A stretch of 64,000 nucleotides of DNA from contig CAWHDZ010000028.1 of the NCBI GenBank assembly GCA_963828255.1, positions 8,489 through 72,488 on the forward strand. Direction: 5' to 3'. Origin of the DNA: an uncultured delta proteobacterium (GTDB lineage: Bacteria > Myxococcota > Myxococcia > Myxococcales > Anaeromyxobacteraceae). The position numbers and the translations under genes are program-made. Shown here piece after piece: positions 14,018-23,438 of the stretch (the first letter of the stretch is position 1; the number at the start of each line of letters is the position of its first letter). The notes under the pieces are model-generated. The model searched no databases and was not told the origin of the DNA. It saw nothing but the letters and a program-made list of their open reading frames with translations.

Positions 14018-14047
14018 TGATGTCGAAATGATATCAGTTCGACATCA
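14018..14047. promoter_or_regulatory. 30-bp palindromic operator candidate TGATGTCGAA-A-TGATATCA-G-TTCGACATCA
   Basis: Perfect 10-bp inverted arms around an inner TGATATCA palindrome; 17 bp upstream of the SPFH start; AT-rich in a GC-rich background. Confidence 0.75.
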
Positions 14048-14115
14048 GTCGACAAGTCTCGGATGGGTCGCTTCCGGAATCCTCAGCCTTTACGGGGAGA
14101 ACGGGGCGGGTCAGG

Positions 14116-15438
14116 ATGGCGCGGGTGTCCACACGACTGGTGATCCGCAGGGCCCGCCTGGTTCGCGACCCGCCCGCCAGCGGCGCCACCGTGGTCGTCG
14201 AGGGAGGGCTCGTCACCAGGGTGGCGCTCCCCGGAGAGCCGGTCTCCGCCGAGCCGGGCGACTGGGAGATCGACGCCGACGGGCGCCTGCTCGTGCCCGG
14301 ATGCGTGGACGCCCACACCCACCTCGCCGTGGGCGCGCTGCTCCGCTTCGCCGGGCTGCCGGGGCGCTACCCCGGTTCACCGCGGGCGCTGCGCCAGGGA
14401 TTCAGGCGCCCAGTGGAGGAGCGGCTCGCCCCCGCCGACGTGGAGGCGCTCGCCGGCGCCGCGGCGCTCGCCGCGCTCCGGGCCGGTACGACCACCGTGA
14501 TCGCGCTGGAGCGGGCCATGCCCGGTGAGGAGCTCGCCACCCTGGAGGCCGCGGAGCGGGCGGTGCGGGCCGTGGGCATCCGCGCGATCCTGGCCCACGG
14601 AGCGAGCGACCTGGGCGGCGCCGCGCGAGGCCTGGCGTCGGCGCGGGCGGCGATGGAGTTCGCCGGGCCGCGCGCCGGGGACCCGCTGGTGCGCGGGATG
14701 GCCGGGCTCGACGGGCTCCACGCCACCACCCGCGAGACCCTCGAGGCGCTCGCCGGGCCGGCAGCCCGCTTCGGGATCCACGCCTCGGTGGCCGAGGACG
14801 GCTCCGACCTGGACCGGTCCTGGGGGCTCGAGGGGAAGTGGCCGGTGCAGCTCCTCGACGACTCCGCCCTCCTGGGACGCTCCACCATCGTCGCCCACGG
14901 GTCCACCCTCTCCACCCCGGAGGCCGAGGCGATCCGCGCCGCCGACGCCGTGCTCGTGGTGCCGCTCCGCGCGGCCCGCCACTGGGGCGTCGAGCCGGCC
15001 GGCCTCGGCCTCGCCGCGGCGGCGGAGGTCCCGGTCGCGCTCGGGACCGATGGCCTCTTCCCCGACCTGGCCGGCGAGGCGGTGGAACTGGCCGGATACC
15101 TGCGCAGCCGCCGCTCCGCACCACCCCCCGGGTCGGAGTTCCTCGAGGAGTCGGTCTGGCCGACCGGCGCCGCGCTGGCGAGCCAGCTCCTCGGAGCCCG
15201 GCTCGGAGCGGTGCAGGAGGGAGCCGACGCCGACCTCGTCATCCTGGACTGGCGCCCGTCCGGCGTGGAGCCGGAGGGGCGGGGCGGGAATGCGGCAGCC
15301 CTCTGGGCTGGAGCTCCGGCCGCGTGGGTCATCGTGGCCGGGGAGGTGCGCCTGCGCGAGGGGGTGGCGCTCGGGGTGGATCCGGTCGAGGTGTCGGCGA
15401 AGGCGGTCGAGGCGGCGCGAAGGGCGCTGGCCGACTGA
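14116..15438 (+). CDS. Metal-dependent amidohydrolase (SsnA/cytosine deaminase-like)
   Basis: PGCVDAHTHL, RAGTTTV, VAHG, LGTDG and ADLVILD motifs. Confidence 0.8.
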   Translation: MARVSTRLVIRRARLVRDPPASGATVVVEGGLVTRVALPGEPVSAEPGDWEIDADGRLLVPGCVDAHTHLAVGALLRFAGLPGRYPGSPRALRQGFRRPVEERLAPADVEALAGAAALAALRAGTTTVIALERAMPGEELATLEAAERAVRAVGIRAILAHGASDLGGAARGLASARAAMEFAGPRAGDPLVRGMAGLDGLHATTRETLEALAGPAARFGIHASVAEDGSDLDRSWGLEGKWPVQLLDDSALLGRSTIVAHGSTLSTPEAEAIRAADAVLVVPLRAARHWGVEPAGLGLAAAAEVPVALGTDGLFPDLAGEAVELAGYLRSRRSAPPPGSEFLEESVWPTGAALASQLLGARLGAVQEGADADLVILDWRPSGVEPEGRGGNAAALWAGAPAAWVIVAGEVRLREGVALGVDPVEVSAKAVEAARRALAD

Positions 15439-15476
15439 AGGGGCGGCGCCAGGCGCCTATCCGCGCCTGCGCCCGC

Positions 15477-16346
15477 TCACCTTTGCCCCCCGATCAAGAT
15501 CCCGGCGATGGCGCAGAGGGCGAAGGCCACCGAGGCGAAGGCGTTGAAGTCGAAGAAGGCCTTGCCGATGCGCTCGGCCTTGAGCTCCCCGTTCGGCGCG
15601 ACGTAGAGGTGCTCGACCAGCAGCACGGCCGCCAGGATGGAGGTGCCGAGGAACCAGGCCGGCCCCTGCCGGCCGGAGATCCCCGCGCCGTAGATGGCGG
15701 CGACGGCGAGGACGTGAAGCCCCCGCGCCCAGGCGAGCGCGCCGCCGACGCCGAAGCGGGCCGGGATGGACCGGAGGCCGCGGGAGCGGTCGAACTCCAT
15801 GTCCTGCATCGAGTAGAAGACGTCGAAGCCGGCGATCCAGGCGCCCACGCCCAGGCCGAGGAGCAGCGCCGACGAAGGCGCCGTCCCGGTGAGGGCGATG
15901 GCCACGCCGATGGGGCCGAGCGCCTGGGCGACCCCGAGCCAGAGGTGGCAGCCCCAGGTGAAGCGCTTGGCGAAGGAGTAGCCGAGCAGGATGGCGAGCA
16001 CCGGGAGCGAGAGCCATCCGGTGAGCGGGGAGATGAGGGCCGCCGCGGCCACGAAGGCCAGGCTCGAGCCGGCCAGGAGCGCCCAGGCCGCCGACGGGGA
16101 GACCTCGCCGGTGACCAGCTCGCGCGCCGCGGTGCGCGGGTTCTCCGCGTCGAAGGGGCGATCGGCGATGCGGTTCATGGCCATGGCGGCGGTGCGGGCC
16201 GCCACCACCGCCGCGGCGACCAGGAGGAGCCGCCCGGTGTCGAGCCGTGCCTGCCCGGCCACCAGCACCACCGCCGAGACCGCGAAGGGCAGGGCGAAGA
16301 GGGAGTGGGAGAACTTCACCATCCGTGCAATAGCTCCGGCGGTCAC
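15477..16346 (-). CDS. mqnP: UbiA-like polyprenyltransferase of the futalosine pathway
   Basis: VKFSHSLFALPF, ARTAAMAMNRIADRPFDAENPRTAAREL, YSFAKRFT, GFDVFYSMQDMEFD; GTG overlaps the upstream stop. Confidence 0.88.
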   Translation of the reverse strand: MTAGAIARMVKFSHSLFALPFAVSAVVLVAGQARLDTGRLLLVAAAVVAARTAAMAMNRIADRPFDAENPRTAARELVTGEVSPSAAWALLAGSSLAFVAAAALISPLTGWLSLPVLAILLGYSFAKRFTWGCHLWLGVAQALGPIGVAIALTGTAPSSALLLGLGVGAWIAGFDVFYSMQDMEFDRSRGLRSIPARFGVGGALAWARGLHVLAVAAIYGAGISGRQGPAWFLGTSILAAVLLVEHLYVAPNGELKAERIGKAFFDFNAFASVAFALCAIAGILIGGQR

Positions 16347-17545
16347 GCGCGAGCCTCCGGCCGGTGGCGGGCCAGCCACGCGATGGGCCGGGCCAGCCCT
16401 TCCTCGAGGAGCCAGGCGAAGGGGTCATCGGGGACCGCGGAGCCGAGCGGGACCGCGAGGACCCCGGGGGCCGAACCCGGGAGGAGCCGCCCCACCGCGG
16501 GCGCCCCCACCGCGGCCCCGTTCCAGGCCAGCGAGAGCAGGCGCGAGGGCGCGACCGCCGGGAAGGCCTCGCGCAGGACGGCCAGCTCCTCGAGCGGCGA
16601 GAGGGAAGGGGAGGAGGCCAGCGAGTCGGTTCCCACGCCGAGCGGGATGCCCGCGTCGAGGAACCGGGGGAGGTCGGGGAGCCGCCCGGAGATGTGCCGG
16701 TTGGAGCGGGGGCAGAGGACCACCGTGGCCCCGGAGCGGACCAGCGCCGCCACGTCCAGGTCGTCGAGGTCCACCGCGTGGACCACCAGCGTCTCCGGCC
16801 CGAGCCAGGGGGCCACCGCGTCCACGGCGGAGCGGGCGAAGGGGCGGAGCGCGCCCGGCTCGAGGCCGAGCCGGAGCACGAGGTCGGCGAAGGGGCCGGC
16901 CGCCCCGGCCACGAAGGAGCGCTCCTCCGGGACCTCGGCCAGGTGGATCGACGAGGGCCCGGCGCCGAGCAGCTCCGCGGCGGCCCCCAGGAAGGTGGAG
17001 TAGACGGCGTGCGGACACGGGGCCACGCGCAGGCCGGGGCCGGGGTCGCCGGCGCGGTCGCGCACCCCGGCGGCGGCCCGCATCGCCTCGGCCGCACGCA
17101 CCTCGGTGAAGCCGTAGATCTCGTGGAAGAGGGTGCCGGCCAGCCCCTCGCGGGCCAGGTGGCGCGCGGAGCCGAGGCCGTTCGTCACGTCTCCCACGGC
17201 GGCGACGCCGGCCTCCCGCAGCGACGCGGCGCCCCGGGCCATGCCCTCCTCGACGGCCCCGCCCAGCGCGCGATGGGCCACCAGCGCCTCGATCCAGGGG
17301 ACGAGGCCGCGGCCGCCGGGGATCTCTCCGGCCAGGTGGGAGAGCTCGAGGTGCAGGTGGGCGTTCACGAGAGCCGGGAGGATCACCGCCTGCCGCACCT
17401 CGGCCGGACCGTGGCGCGCCTCGACCTCCGCGCGCGGGCCGACCTCGAGCACCACGTCCCCGTCGAGCGCCACGGCGCCGTCCCGCACCGGCGGGATGTC
17501 CGGTCCGGGGAGCACCCAGGTGGCTGCGACGACGCGGACCGTCAC
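16343..17545 (-). CDS. Amidohydrolase, putative aminodeoxyfutalosine deaminase
   Basis: LPALVNAHLHLELS, PHAVYS, IHLAE, VHAV, CPRSN and LGVGTDSLAS; located inside the mqn operon. Confidence 0.8.
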   Translation of the reverse strand: MTVRVVAATWVLPGPDIPPVRDGAVALDGDVVLEVGPRAEVEARHGPAEVRQAVILPALVNAHLHLELSHLAGEIPGGRGLVPWIEALVAHRALGGAVEEGMARGAASLREAGVAAVGDVTNGLGSARHLAREGLAGTLFHEIYGFTEVRAAEAMRAAAGVRDRAGDPGPGLRVAPCPHAVYSTFLGAAAELLGAGPSSIHLAEVPEERSFVAGAAGPFADLVLRLGLEPGALRPFARSAVDAVAPWLGPETLVVHAVDLDDLDVAALVRSGATVVLCPRSNRHISGRLPDLPRFLDAGIPLGVGTDSLASSPSLSPLEELAVLREAFPAVAPSRLLSLAWNGAAVGAPAVGRLLPGSAPGVLAVPLGSAVPDDPFAWLLEEGLARPIAWLARHRPEARA

Positions 17546-17553
17546 GGCGCGTC

Positions 17554-19425
17554 CTAGGCCGCCTGGCCGACCAGCTGGTAGCGCATGTTGCGCCGGGCGG
17601 CGCGGAAGCCGGCGTCGCGGATGTGCCGCTCGACCTCGTCCGAGTCCATCTGGAAGGTGGTGCCGGCGGCGCTGACCACGTTCTCCTCGATCATCACGCT
17701 GCCGAAGTCGTTGCACCCCATGTGAAGGGCGGCCTGGGCCACCCCTCCACCCATCGTCACCCAGGAGGCCTGGAAGTTGGGGACGTTGTCCAGCACCAGG
17801 CGGGCCAGGGCGTTCACGCGCAGGTAGGCGTGGGCGCTGTTGTCGGACGGCTCGAGCCGTGTGTTCTCCGGCTGGAAGGTCCAGCAGATGAAGGCGGTGA
17901 AGCCCTTCGTCTCGTCCTGCAACTCGCGCAGCCGGAGGAAGTGGTTGACCCGGTGCTGCGCCTCCTCGCCCACCCCGAACATGAGCGTGGCGGTGCTGCG
18001 GAGCCCCTTCACATGCGCGGCCCGCATCACCGTGAGCCACTCGTCGGTCGAGCACTTGAGGGGCGCGATGCGACGGCGCACCTCGTCGTCGAGCACCTCC
18101 GCGCCGCCCCCCGGGATGCTGTCGAGGCCGGCGGCCACCAGCCGGTCCACGGTGGCGTCGAGCGAGAGCTGGCTCGTGCGGGCGATGTGCCAGATCTCCT
18201 CGGGGGAGAGGGCGTGCAGGTTGATGGCCGGGTAGGTGGTCTTCACCCATCGGAAGAGGTCCTCGTACCACTCGATCCCCAGGTCGGGGTGGAGGCCGCC
18301 CTGCAGCAGGACCTCGATGCCGCCCAGCGCAAGCGTCTCCTCGATCTTCCTGCCCATCTGGCCGCGGTCGAGCACGTAGGCCTCGCCGTGGCCGCGGGGG
18401 CGGTAGAAGGCGCAGAAGGAGCAGGCCGTCGTGCACACGTTGGTGTAGTTCATGTTGCGCGACACGATGTAGGTGACGACGCCGTCGGGGTGCAGGGCGC
18501 GCCGGCGCATGTCGGCGGCCAGCCCCAGCTCGAGCAGCGGCGCCTTCTCGTCGAGGGCCTCGGCCTCGTCGGCGTCGAGCCGCTCGCCGTCGGCGCCCTT
18601 CTGGAGCGCGGTGTCCACCGACACGGAGCGCCGGATGCGGCGGCTGCGCACCACGTCGTCGGCGAAGCGCAGCCGGGAGGGCGGCACGAGGCCGGCGACG
18701 GCGGCGCGGGAGAGGAAGGTCTCCAGCCCTTCCAGCTCGTGCGGCCCCAGGCCGTAGCGGATCTTCCGGGTCAGGTAGCGGCGGTAGTGCTCGGGGTCGC
18801 CGCCGGCCTCGCGGGCGAACTGCTGGGCCAGCTCGGTGCGCATCCCCAGGCCGACCTGGGCCCCGCGGGCCAGCTCCTGCACGTCCTCGGGGCGGAGCAC
18901 GCCGGGGCGGGCCGCCCAGACCGCGAAGACCATGGGGAGCTTCGTCAGCCGGTTCCACTCGCGCCCCAGGTCGAGGACCACCTTGCGCTTCACCTCGAAG
19001 GCCCGGTCGCCGATGACCAGCGCCCCCTTGGTCCCCACCGCGCGGGCCAGCCCCTCGAGCGCCGGGAGGTGGGTGTAACGGGGAGTGATTCCCCGCTCGT
19101 GGAGCACGAGCTGGGCCAGGATCTGCGAGGTGCGCGAGGCGGTGTCGAGGAAGACCTCGTCCCAGGTCTCGGGCGGCTCCTCGCCGGCCAGCACCACGGT
19201 CTCCACCGGCCCGTCGGCGCCGATGCCGATGCCCGGAACCACCTCCCAGTCGCGACCCGGCAGGGCCCCCACCGGGAGCAGCGCCAGGTCCACGTCGCCG
19301 GCCTCGAGCATGGATGCGCACAGGGAGGGCTCGGCCAGCACCAGGTCGATGAGCGGGCTGCCGGAGAGCCCCGCGGTGAGCGGGCGCGCGTTCAGGAAGG
19401 AGACGGCGGCGGCGCGGAGCTTCAT
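17554..19425 (-). CDS. mqnA-mqnC: Fused chorismate dehydratase (MqnA) - cyclic dehypoxanthinyl futalosine synthase (MqnC)
   Basis: N-terminal VSFLNARPL...LVIGDRA...DLGREW..LTKLPMVFAVW (MqnA); C-terminal NYTNVCTTACSFCAF radical SAM motif, FQASWVT, DFGSVMIEENVV (MqnC); one 623-aa ORF. Confidence 0.9.
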   Translation of the reverse strand: MKLRAAAVSFLNARPLTAGLSGSPLIDLVLAEPSLCASMLEAGDVDLALLPVGALPGRDWEVVPGIGIGADGPVETVVLAGEEPPETWDEVFLDTASRTSQILAQLVLHERGITPRYTHLPALEGLARAVGTKGALVIGDRAFEVKRKVVLDLGREWNRLTKLPMVFAVWAARPGVLRPEDVQELARGAQVGLGMRTELAQQFAREAGGDPEHYRRYLTRKIRYGLGPHELEGLETFLSRAAVAGLVPPSRLRFADDVVRSRRIRRSVSVDTALQKGADGERLDADEAEALDEKAPLLELGLAADMRRRALHPDGVVTYIVSRNMNYTNVCTTACSFCAFYRPRGHGEAYVLDRGQMGRKIEETLALGGIEVLLQGGLHPDLGIEWYEDLFRWVKTTYPAINLHALSPEEIWHIARTSQLSLDATVDRLVAAGLDSIPGGGAEVLDDEVRRRIAPLKCSTDEWLTVMRAAHVKGLRSTATLMFGVGEEAQHRVNHFLRLRELQDETKGFTAFICWTFQPENTRLEPSDNSAHAYLRVNALARLVLDNVPNFQASWVTMGGGVAQAALHMGCNDFGSVMIEENVVSAAGTTFQMDSDEVERHIRDAGFRAARRNMRYQLVGQAA

Positions 19426-20585
19426 CGGAGACCTCCGGAGACGGCGGTGGCGGAGGCGGGCGCGTCGTGGACGCGCAGCACGTTGTAGAGGCTGTCGCGC
19501 TCCACGGGCACGCGCCCGGCGAAGCGGATCATGCGGTGGAGCTGGGCCTCGGAGAGGGCCTGCGGCGTGGTGGCCCCGGCCATGTGGTAGATGCGCTCCT
19601 CCAGCACCGTGCCGTCCACGTCGTCCACGCCGAACGACAGCGACGCCTGGGCCAGCCGCTCGCCCAGCGAGACCCAGTAGGCCTTCACGTGGTCGAAGTT
19701 GTCGAGGAAGAGGCGGGCCACCGCGAAGGTGCGCAGGCCGTCGTAGCCGGTGGGCTTGGGGAAGGCCTTCCCGATCATGTTGTGCTCGGGGTGGAAGGCC
19801 AGCGGGATGAAGACCTGGAAGCCGTGGGTCTGGTCCTGGAGGTCGCGCAGCCGGGCCATGTGGTCCACCCGCTCGGCCAGCGTCTCGATGTGGCCGTAGA
19901 GCATGGTGGCGTTCGACTTCAAGCCCAGCCGGTGCGCGGTGCGGTGCACCTCGAGCCACTGCTCGGCGGTGGCCTTGTCGTCGCAGATCTTCCGGCGCAC
20001 CCGCGCGGCGAAGATCTCCGCGCCGCCGCCGGGGATGGTGGTGAGGCCGGCGTCGATGAGCTCGCGCAGCACCTGCTCGAGCGACTTCCCGAACTTCTCG
20101 GCGAAGAAGTGCAGCTCCACCGCGGTGTAGCCCTTGATGTGCAGCTCGGGCCAGGCCTGCCGGATCCGCAGCACGGTCTCGAGGTAGTACTCCCAGGGAA
20201 GGTCGGGGTGCAGGCCGGAGACGATGTGCACCTCGGTGATCCCCAGCGCCCGCTTCGACACCACGTGCTGCACGGCCTGGTCGAGGGACATGGTGTAGCC
20301 CTCGCTGGCCTGCCGGTCGTCGGGGCGCGCGAACGAGCAGAACTTGCAGGTGGCCACGCAGACGTTGGTGGGGTTCAGGTGGACGTTGCGGTTGTAGTAG
20401 GTGAGGTCGCCGTGCCGGGCCTCGCGCACGTGGTTGGCGAGAGCGCCCAGCGCCGCCAGGTCGGTGGCCTCGAAGAGCGCGAGGGCCTCGGCCTCGCCGA
20501 GGCGCTGGCCCGCGAGCACCCGGTCGCGGATGGGGCCGAGCCCGTCGCGCTCGAGGGCGCGGTGTGCCAGGGCTGAGAGCATCAT
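19422..20585 (-). CDS. mqnE: Aminofutalosine synthase (radical SAM)
   Basis: HLNPTNVCVATCKFCSF, PGGGAEIF, NATMLYGHIE, FIPLAFHP, HVKAYW, DGTVLEERIYHMAGA. Confidence 0.93.
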   Translation of the reverse strand: MMLSALAHRALERDGLGPIRDRVLAGQRLGEAEALALFEATDLAALGALANHVREARHGDLTYYNRNVHLNPTNVCVATCKFCSFARPDDRQASEGYTMSLDQAVQHVVSKRALGITEVHIVSGLHPDLPWEYYLETVLRIRQAWPELHIKGYTAVELHFFAEKFGKSLEQVLRELIDAGLTTIPGGGAEIFAARVRRKICDDKATAEQWLEVHRTAHRLGLKSNATMLYGHIETLAERVDHMARLRDLQDQTHGFQVFIPLAFHPEHNMIGKAFPKPTGYDGLRTFAVARLFLDNFDHVKAYWVSLGERLAQASLSFGVDDVDGTVLEERIYHMAGATTPQALSEAQLHRMIRFAGRVPVERDSLYNVLRVHDAPASATAVSGGLR

Positions 20586-21172
20586 TCCTCCGTGGGTTCG
20601 CCGCAGCCGTGGGGGGAGATCCCGTCCCAGCGGCGCATCAGCTCGTTGGGGATCCCGAGCCGGTCGAGGACGCGCGACACAACGGTGTCCACGAGCGCGT
20701 CGATGGTCCTGGGCTTCGAGTAGAAGCTGGGCGAGGCCGGCATGACGAAGGCGCCGGCCTCCACCACCTGCGCGATGGCGCGGGCGTGGATGAGGGAGAT
20801 GGGGGTCTCGCGGAGCAGGAGGACGAGCCGCTTGCGCTCCTTCAGCATCACGTCGGCGGCGCGACCCACCAGGTCGGTGGAGACGCCGTAGGCCACCCGG
20901 GCCAGGCCGGCCGCCGAGCAGGGAACGATGGCCATGGCGTCGTAGCCGGCGCTGCCCGAGGAGAACGGGGCGGTCAGGTCCTGGTTCTTCCAGACCTTGA
21001 ACGGGTAGTCGGGGGGCGACCCGATCTCGTGGGTCCAGATCTGGCGCGCCGTGGTGGTGAAGACCAGGTCCACCGACACGCCGGCCGCCGGCCCCTCCCG
21101 GGCCAGGAAGTCGAGGAGCCGCTTCGCGTACGGGGAGCCGGAGGCTCCGCCCACTCCGACGACCAGCTTCAC
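20582..21172 (-). CDS. ubiX: Flavin prenyltransferase UbiX family
   Basis: VGVGGASG, SSGS, VPCS, RAADVMLKERKRL, RETP, PASPSFY. Confidence 0.92.
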   Translation of the reverse strand: MKLVVGVGGASGSPYAKRLLDFLAREGPAAGVSVDLVFTTTARQIWTHEIGSPPDYPFKVWKNQDLTAPFSSGSAGYDAMAIVPCSAAGLARVAYGVSTDLVGRAADVMLKERKRLVLLLRETPISLIHARAIAQVVEAGAFVMPASPSFYSKPRTIDALVDTVVSRVLDRLGIPNELMRRWDGISPHGCGEPTEE

Positions 21173-21873
21173 GCGCGCACCCCCGTCACCAGCCCGCACA
21201 CCCCGGGGAAGAGCAGTTCCCCCTTCACGTCGCGAAAGCCGGCCCGCCCCGCCGCGTCGAGGAACTCGGGCAGGGAGGCGAACCGCTCCATCGACTCGAC
21301 CAGGTAACGGTAGGCCCCGGCGTCGGCGGAGAGCAGCCTCCCCATCACCGGCAGGGCGAGCTTGTTGTACGCTCCGTGAAAGGCCCGCGTGCCCGTGGAC
21401 TCGGGCCGGAAGAACTCCAGGATGGCGAGCCGGGCGCCGGGCCTCATGACCCGGGCCATCTCGGAGAGCCCCACCTCGTGGCTGTCGAGGTTGCGCACGC
21501 CGAAGGCCACGGTGACGCCGTCCACCGAGCCGGTGCGGAAGGGAAGGTGGAGCGCGTCGGCGGTGGCGGCCGGCAGCCCGGTCTTGGCCGCTCCGCGCGA
21601 GAGCATGGGGATGGAGAAGTCGCTCCCCAGGACCACCGCCTCCGGGTACTGGCGCCGGGCCTCGGCGGCCACGTCCATGGTGCCGGCGCAGACGTCGAGG
21701 AGCCGCTCGCCCGGGGCGAGGCGCAGGGTGCGGACCGCGCGCCTGCGCCAGAGCTGGTCCACCCGCAGCGTCATGACCCGGTTGAGCAGGTCGTAGGTGG
21801 GGGCGATGCGGTCGAACATGGCGCGCACCGCCTGGGCGCGCTCGCCCTGCCCGGGCAGGGGGACGCCGGTCAT
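21169..21873 (-). CDS. ubiE: Menaquinone biosynthesis C-methyltransferase (UbiE/MenG)
   Basis: MFDRIAPTYDLLNRV, LDVCAGT, AFGVRN, ILEF, AYRYLVES. Confidence 0.92.
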   Translation of the reverse strand: MTGVPLPGQGERAQAVRAMFDRIAPTYDLLNRVMTLRVDQLWRRRAVRTLRLAPGERLLDVCAGTMDVAAEARRQYPEAVVLGSDFSIPMLSRGAAKTGLPAATADALHLPFRTGSVDGVTVAFGVRNLDSHEVGLSEMARVMRPGARLAILEFFRPESTGTRAFHGAYNKLALPVMGRLLSADAGAYRYLVESMERFASLPEFLDAAGRAGFRDVKGELLFPGVCGLVTGVRA

Positions 21874-23384
21874 GCCCCGCCTCCGCGGCGCGGGATCCAG
21901 CTGGCCGCCGGCGGCGGCGCGATGCGGGGGCGCGACGGCCTCGGCGCCCCGGGCACCAGCGTCTCGTAGAGGGCGTCCATGCGCGCGAGCACCTCGGGCG
22001 GGTGGACGCAGGGCTCGGGCCACTCCCGCCCGCCCTCCTCGACGAACTTCTTGGTGGCGTCGATGCCCACCTTGGCGCCCAGGCCGAAGGCGGTGGAGGC
22101 GTGGTCGAGCACGTCCACCGGGCCGTCCACCACCACCATGTCCCGCTTGGCGTCCACGTTCGCGAAGGCGCGCCAGGCGCACTGGGAGAAGTCGTGCACG
22201 TCCACGTCCTCGTCGAAGACCACCAGCGTCTTGGTGGCCGACATCTGCCCCGAGCCCCACAGCCCGTGCATGAGCTTGCGTGCGTGGCCGGGGAAGTCCT
22301 TCCGGATGGAGAGGAAGCAGAGGTTGTGGAAGACCCCCTCGGGCGGGAAGGCCATGTCCACCACCTCGGGGAAGACCAGCTGGAGCATGGGCAGGAAGAG
22401 CCGCTCGGTGGCGGTGCCCATCCAGTAGTCCTCCATGGGCGGCGGCCCCACCACGGTGGCCGGGTAGACGGCGTCGCGGCGTCGCGTGATGGCGGTCACC
22501 TCGAGGAAGGGGTAGTCGTCGGCCAGGGAGTAGTAGCCGGTGTGATCGCCGAAGGGCCCCTCGCGGACCACCCCCTGCTCGGAGACGTAGCCCTCGATGA
22601 CCACGTCTGCGTCGGCGGGGACCTCGAGGTCCACCGTGACCCCCTTCACCATGTGCACCGACTCCTTCCGCAGGAAGCCGGCGAAGAGGTACTCGTCGAT
22701 GCCCGGCGGGAGAGGGGCCGAGGCGCAGTAGGTGAGCGCCGGGTCGCCGCCGAGCGCGATGGCCACCGGCATGCGCTCGCCCCGCTTGCGGTAGGCGCGC
22801 CACTGGGCGTTGGCGGTCTTGTGGAGCTGCCAGTGGAGGCCCACCTTGCGCGGCCCCATCACCTGGCAGCGGTACATCCCCACGTTGCGGATCCCGGTCT
22901 CCAGGTCGCGGGTGATGACCTGCGGAAGGGTGATGAAGGGGCCGCCGTCGTGGGGCCAGGTGGTGAGCACCGGGATCGACGCCATGTCCGGCTCGCGGTC
23001 CACGATCTCCTGCACCGGCCCCGACGAGACGTGCTTCGGGGGGAGCGACGCCAGCTTCCCCAGCTTCGGGATCATCTTGAGCTTGTCCCAGAGCCCCTGC
23101 GGCGGCGCCATCTTGAGCAGCGCCCGGAGCTCGCTGGCCGGCTCGTCGAGGTCCTCGCAGGAGAGCGCCCAGGCGGCGCGCCGCCTGGTGCCGAACAGGT
23201 TCATGGCCACCGGCATGGCGCCGGAGGAGGGCTTCTCGAAGAGGAGCGCGGGCCCCTGCTGCTTGGCGGCGCGGTCGGCGAGCGCCGCCATGTCGAGCTT
23301 CAGGTCGACGGGTTCGCGGACGCGGACGAGCTCGCCGGCCCGCTCCAGTCGATCGAGGAAATCGCGCAGGGACCGGTAAGCCAT
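21870..23384 (-). CDS. ubiD: UbiD-family menaquinone biosynthesis decarboxylase (MqnL)
   Basis: WPHDGGPFITLP, RNVGMYR, EGPFGDHTGYYS, VGPPPMED, DVLDHA. Confidence 0.93.
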   Translation of the reverse strand: MAYRSLRDFLDRLERAGELVRVREPVDLKLDMAALADRAAKQQGPALLFEKPSSGAMPVAMNLFGTRRRAAWALSCEDLDEPASELRALLKMAPPQGLWDKLKMIPKLGKLASLPPKHVSSGPVQEIVDREPDMASIPVLTTWPHDGGPFITLPQVITRDLETGIRNVGMYRCQVMGPRKVGLHWQLHKTANAQWRAYRKRGERMPVAIALGGDPALTYCASAPLPPGIDEYLFAGFLRKESVHMVKGVTVDLEVPADADVVIEGYVSEQGVVREGPFGDHTGYYSLADDYPFLEVTAITRRRDAVYPATVVGPPPMEDYWMGTATERLFLPMLQLVFPEVVDMAFPPEGVFHNLCFLSIRKDFPGHARKLMHGLWGSGQMSATKTLVVFDEDVDVHDFSQCAWRAFANVDAKRDMVVVDGPVDVLDHASTAFGLGAKVGIDATKKFVEEGGREWPEPCVHPPEVLARMDALYETLVPGAPRPSRPRIAPPPAASWIPRRGGGA

Positions 23385-23438
23385 GGGGAGCCGGGATCTA
23401 CTCCCATCCCTCCCTTGTTTCAACGATTGCTGAAAGAT

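Noticed and set aside
16343..19959. Track ORFs of 992 aa and 801 aa suggesting larger fusions in the mqn operon
   Set aside because: Their N-terminal extensions are shadow frames of upstream genes; the real starts are 17545 and 19425, next to or overlapping the upstream stops.
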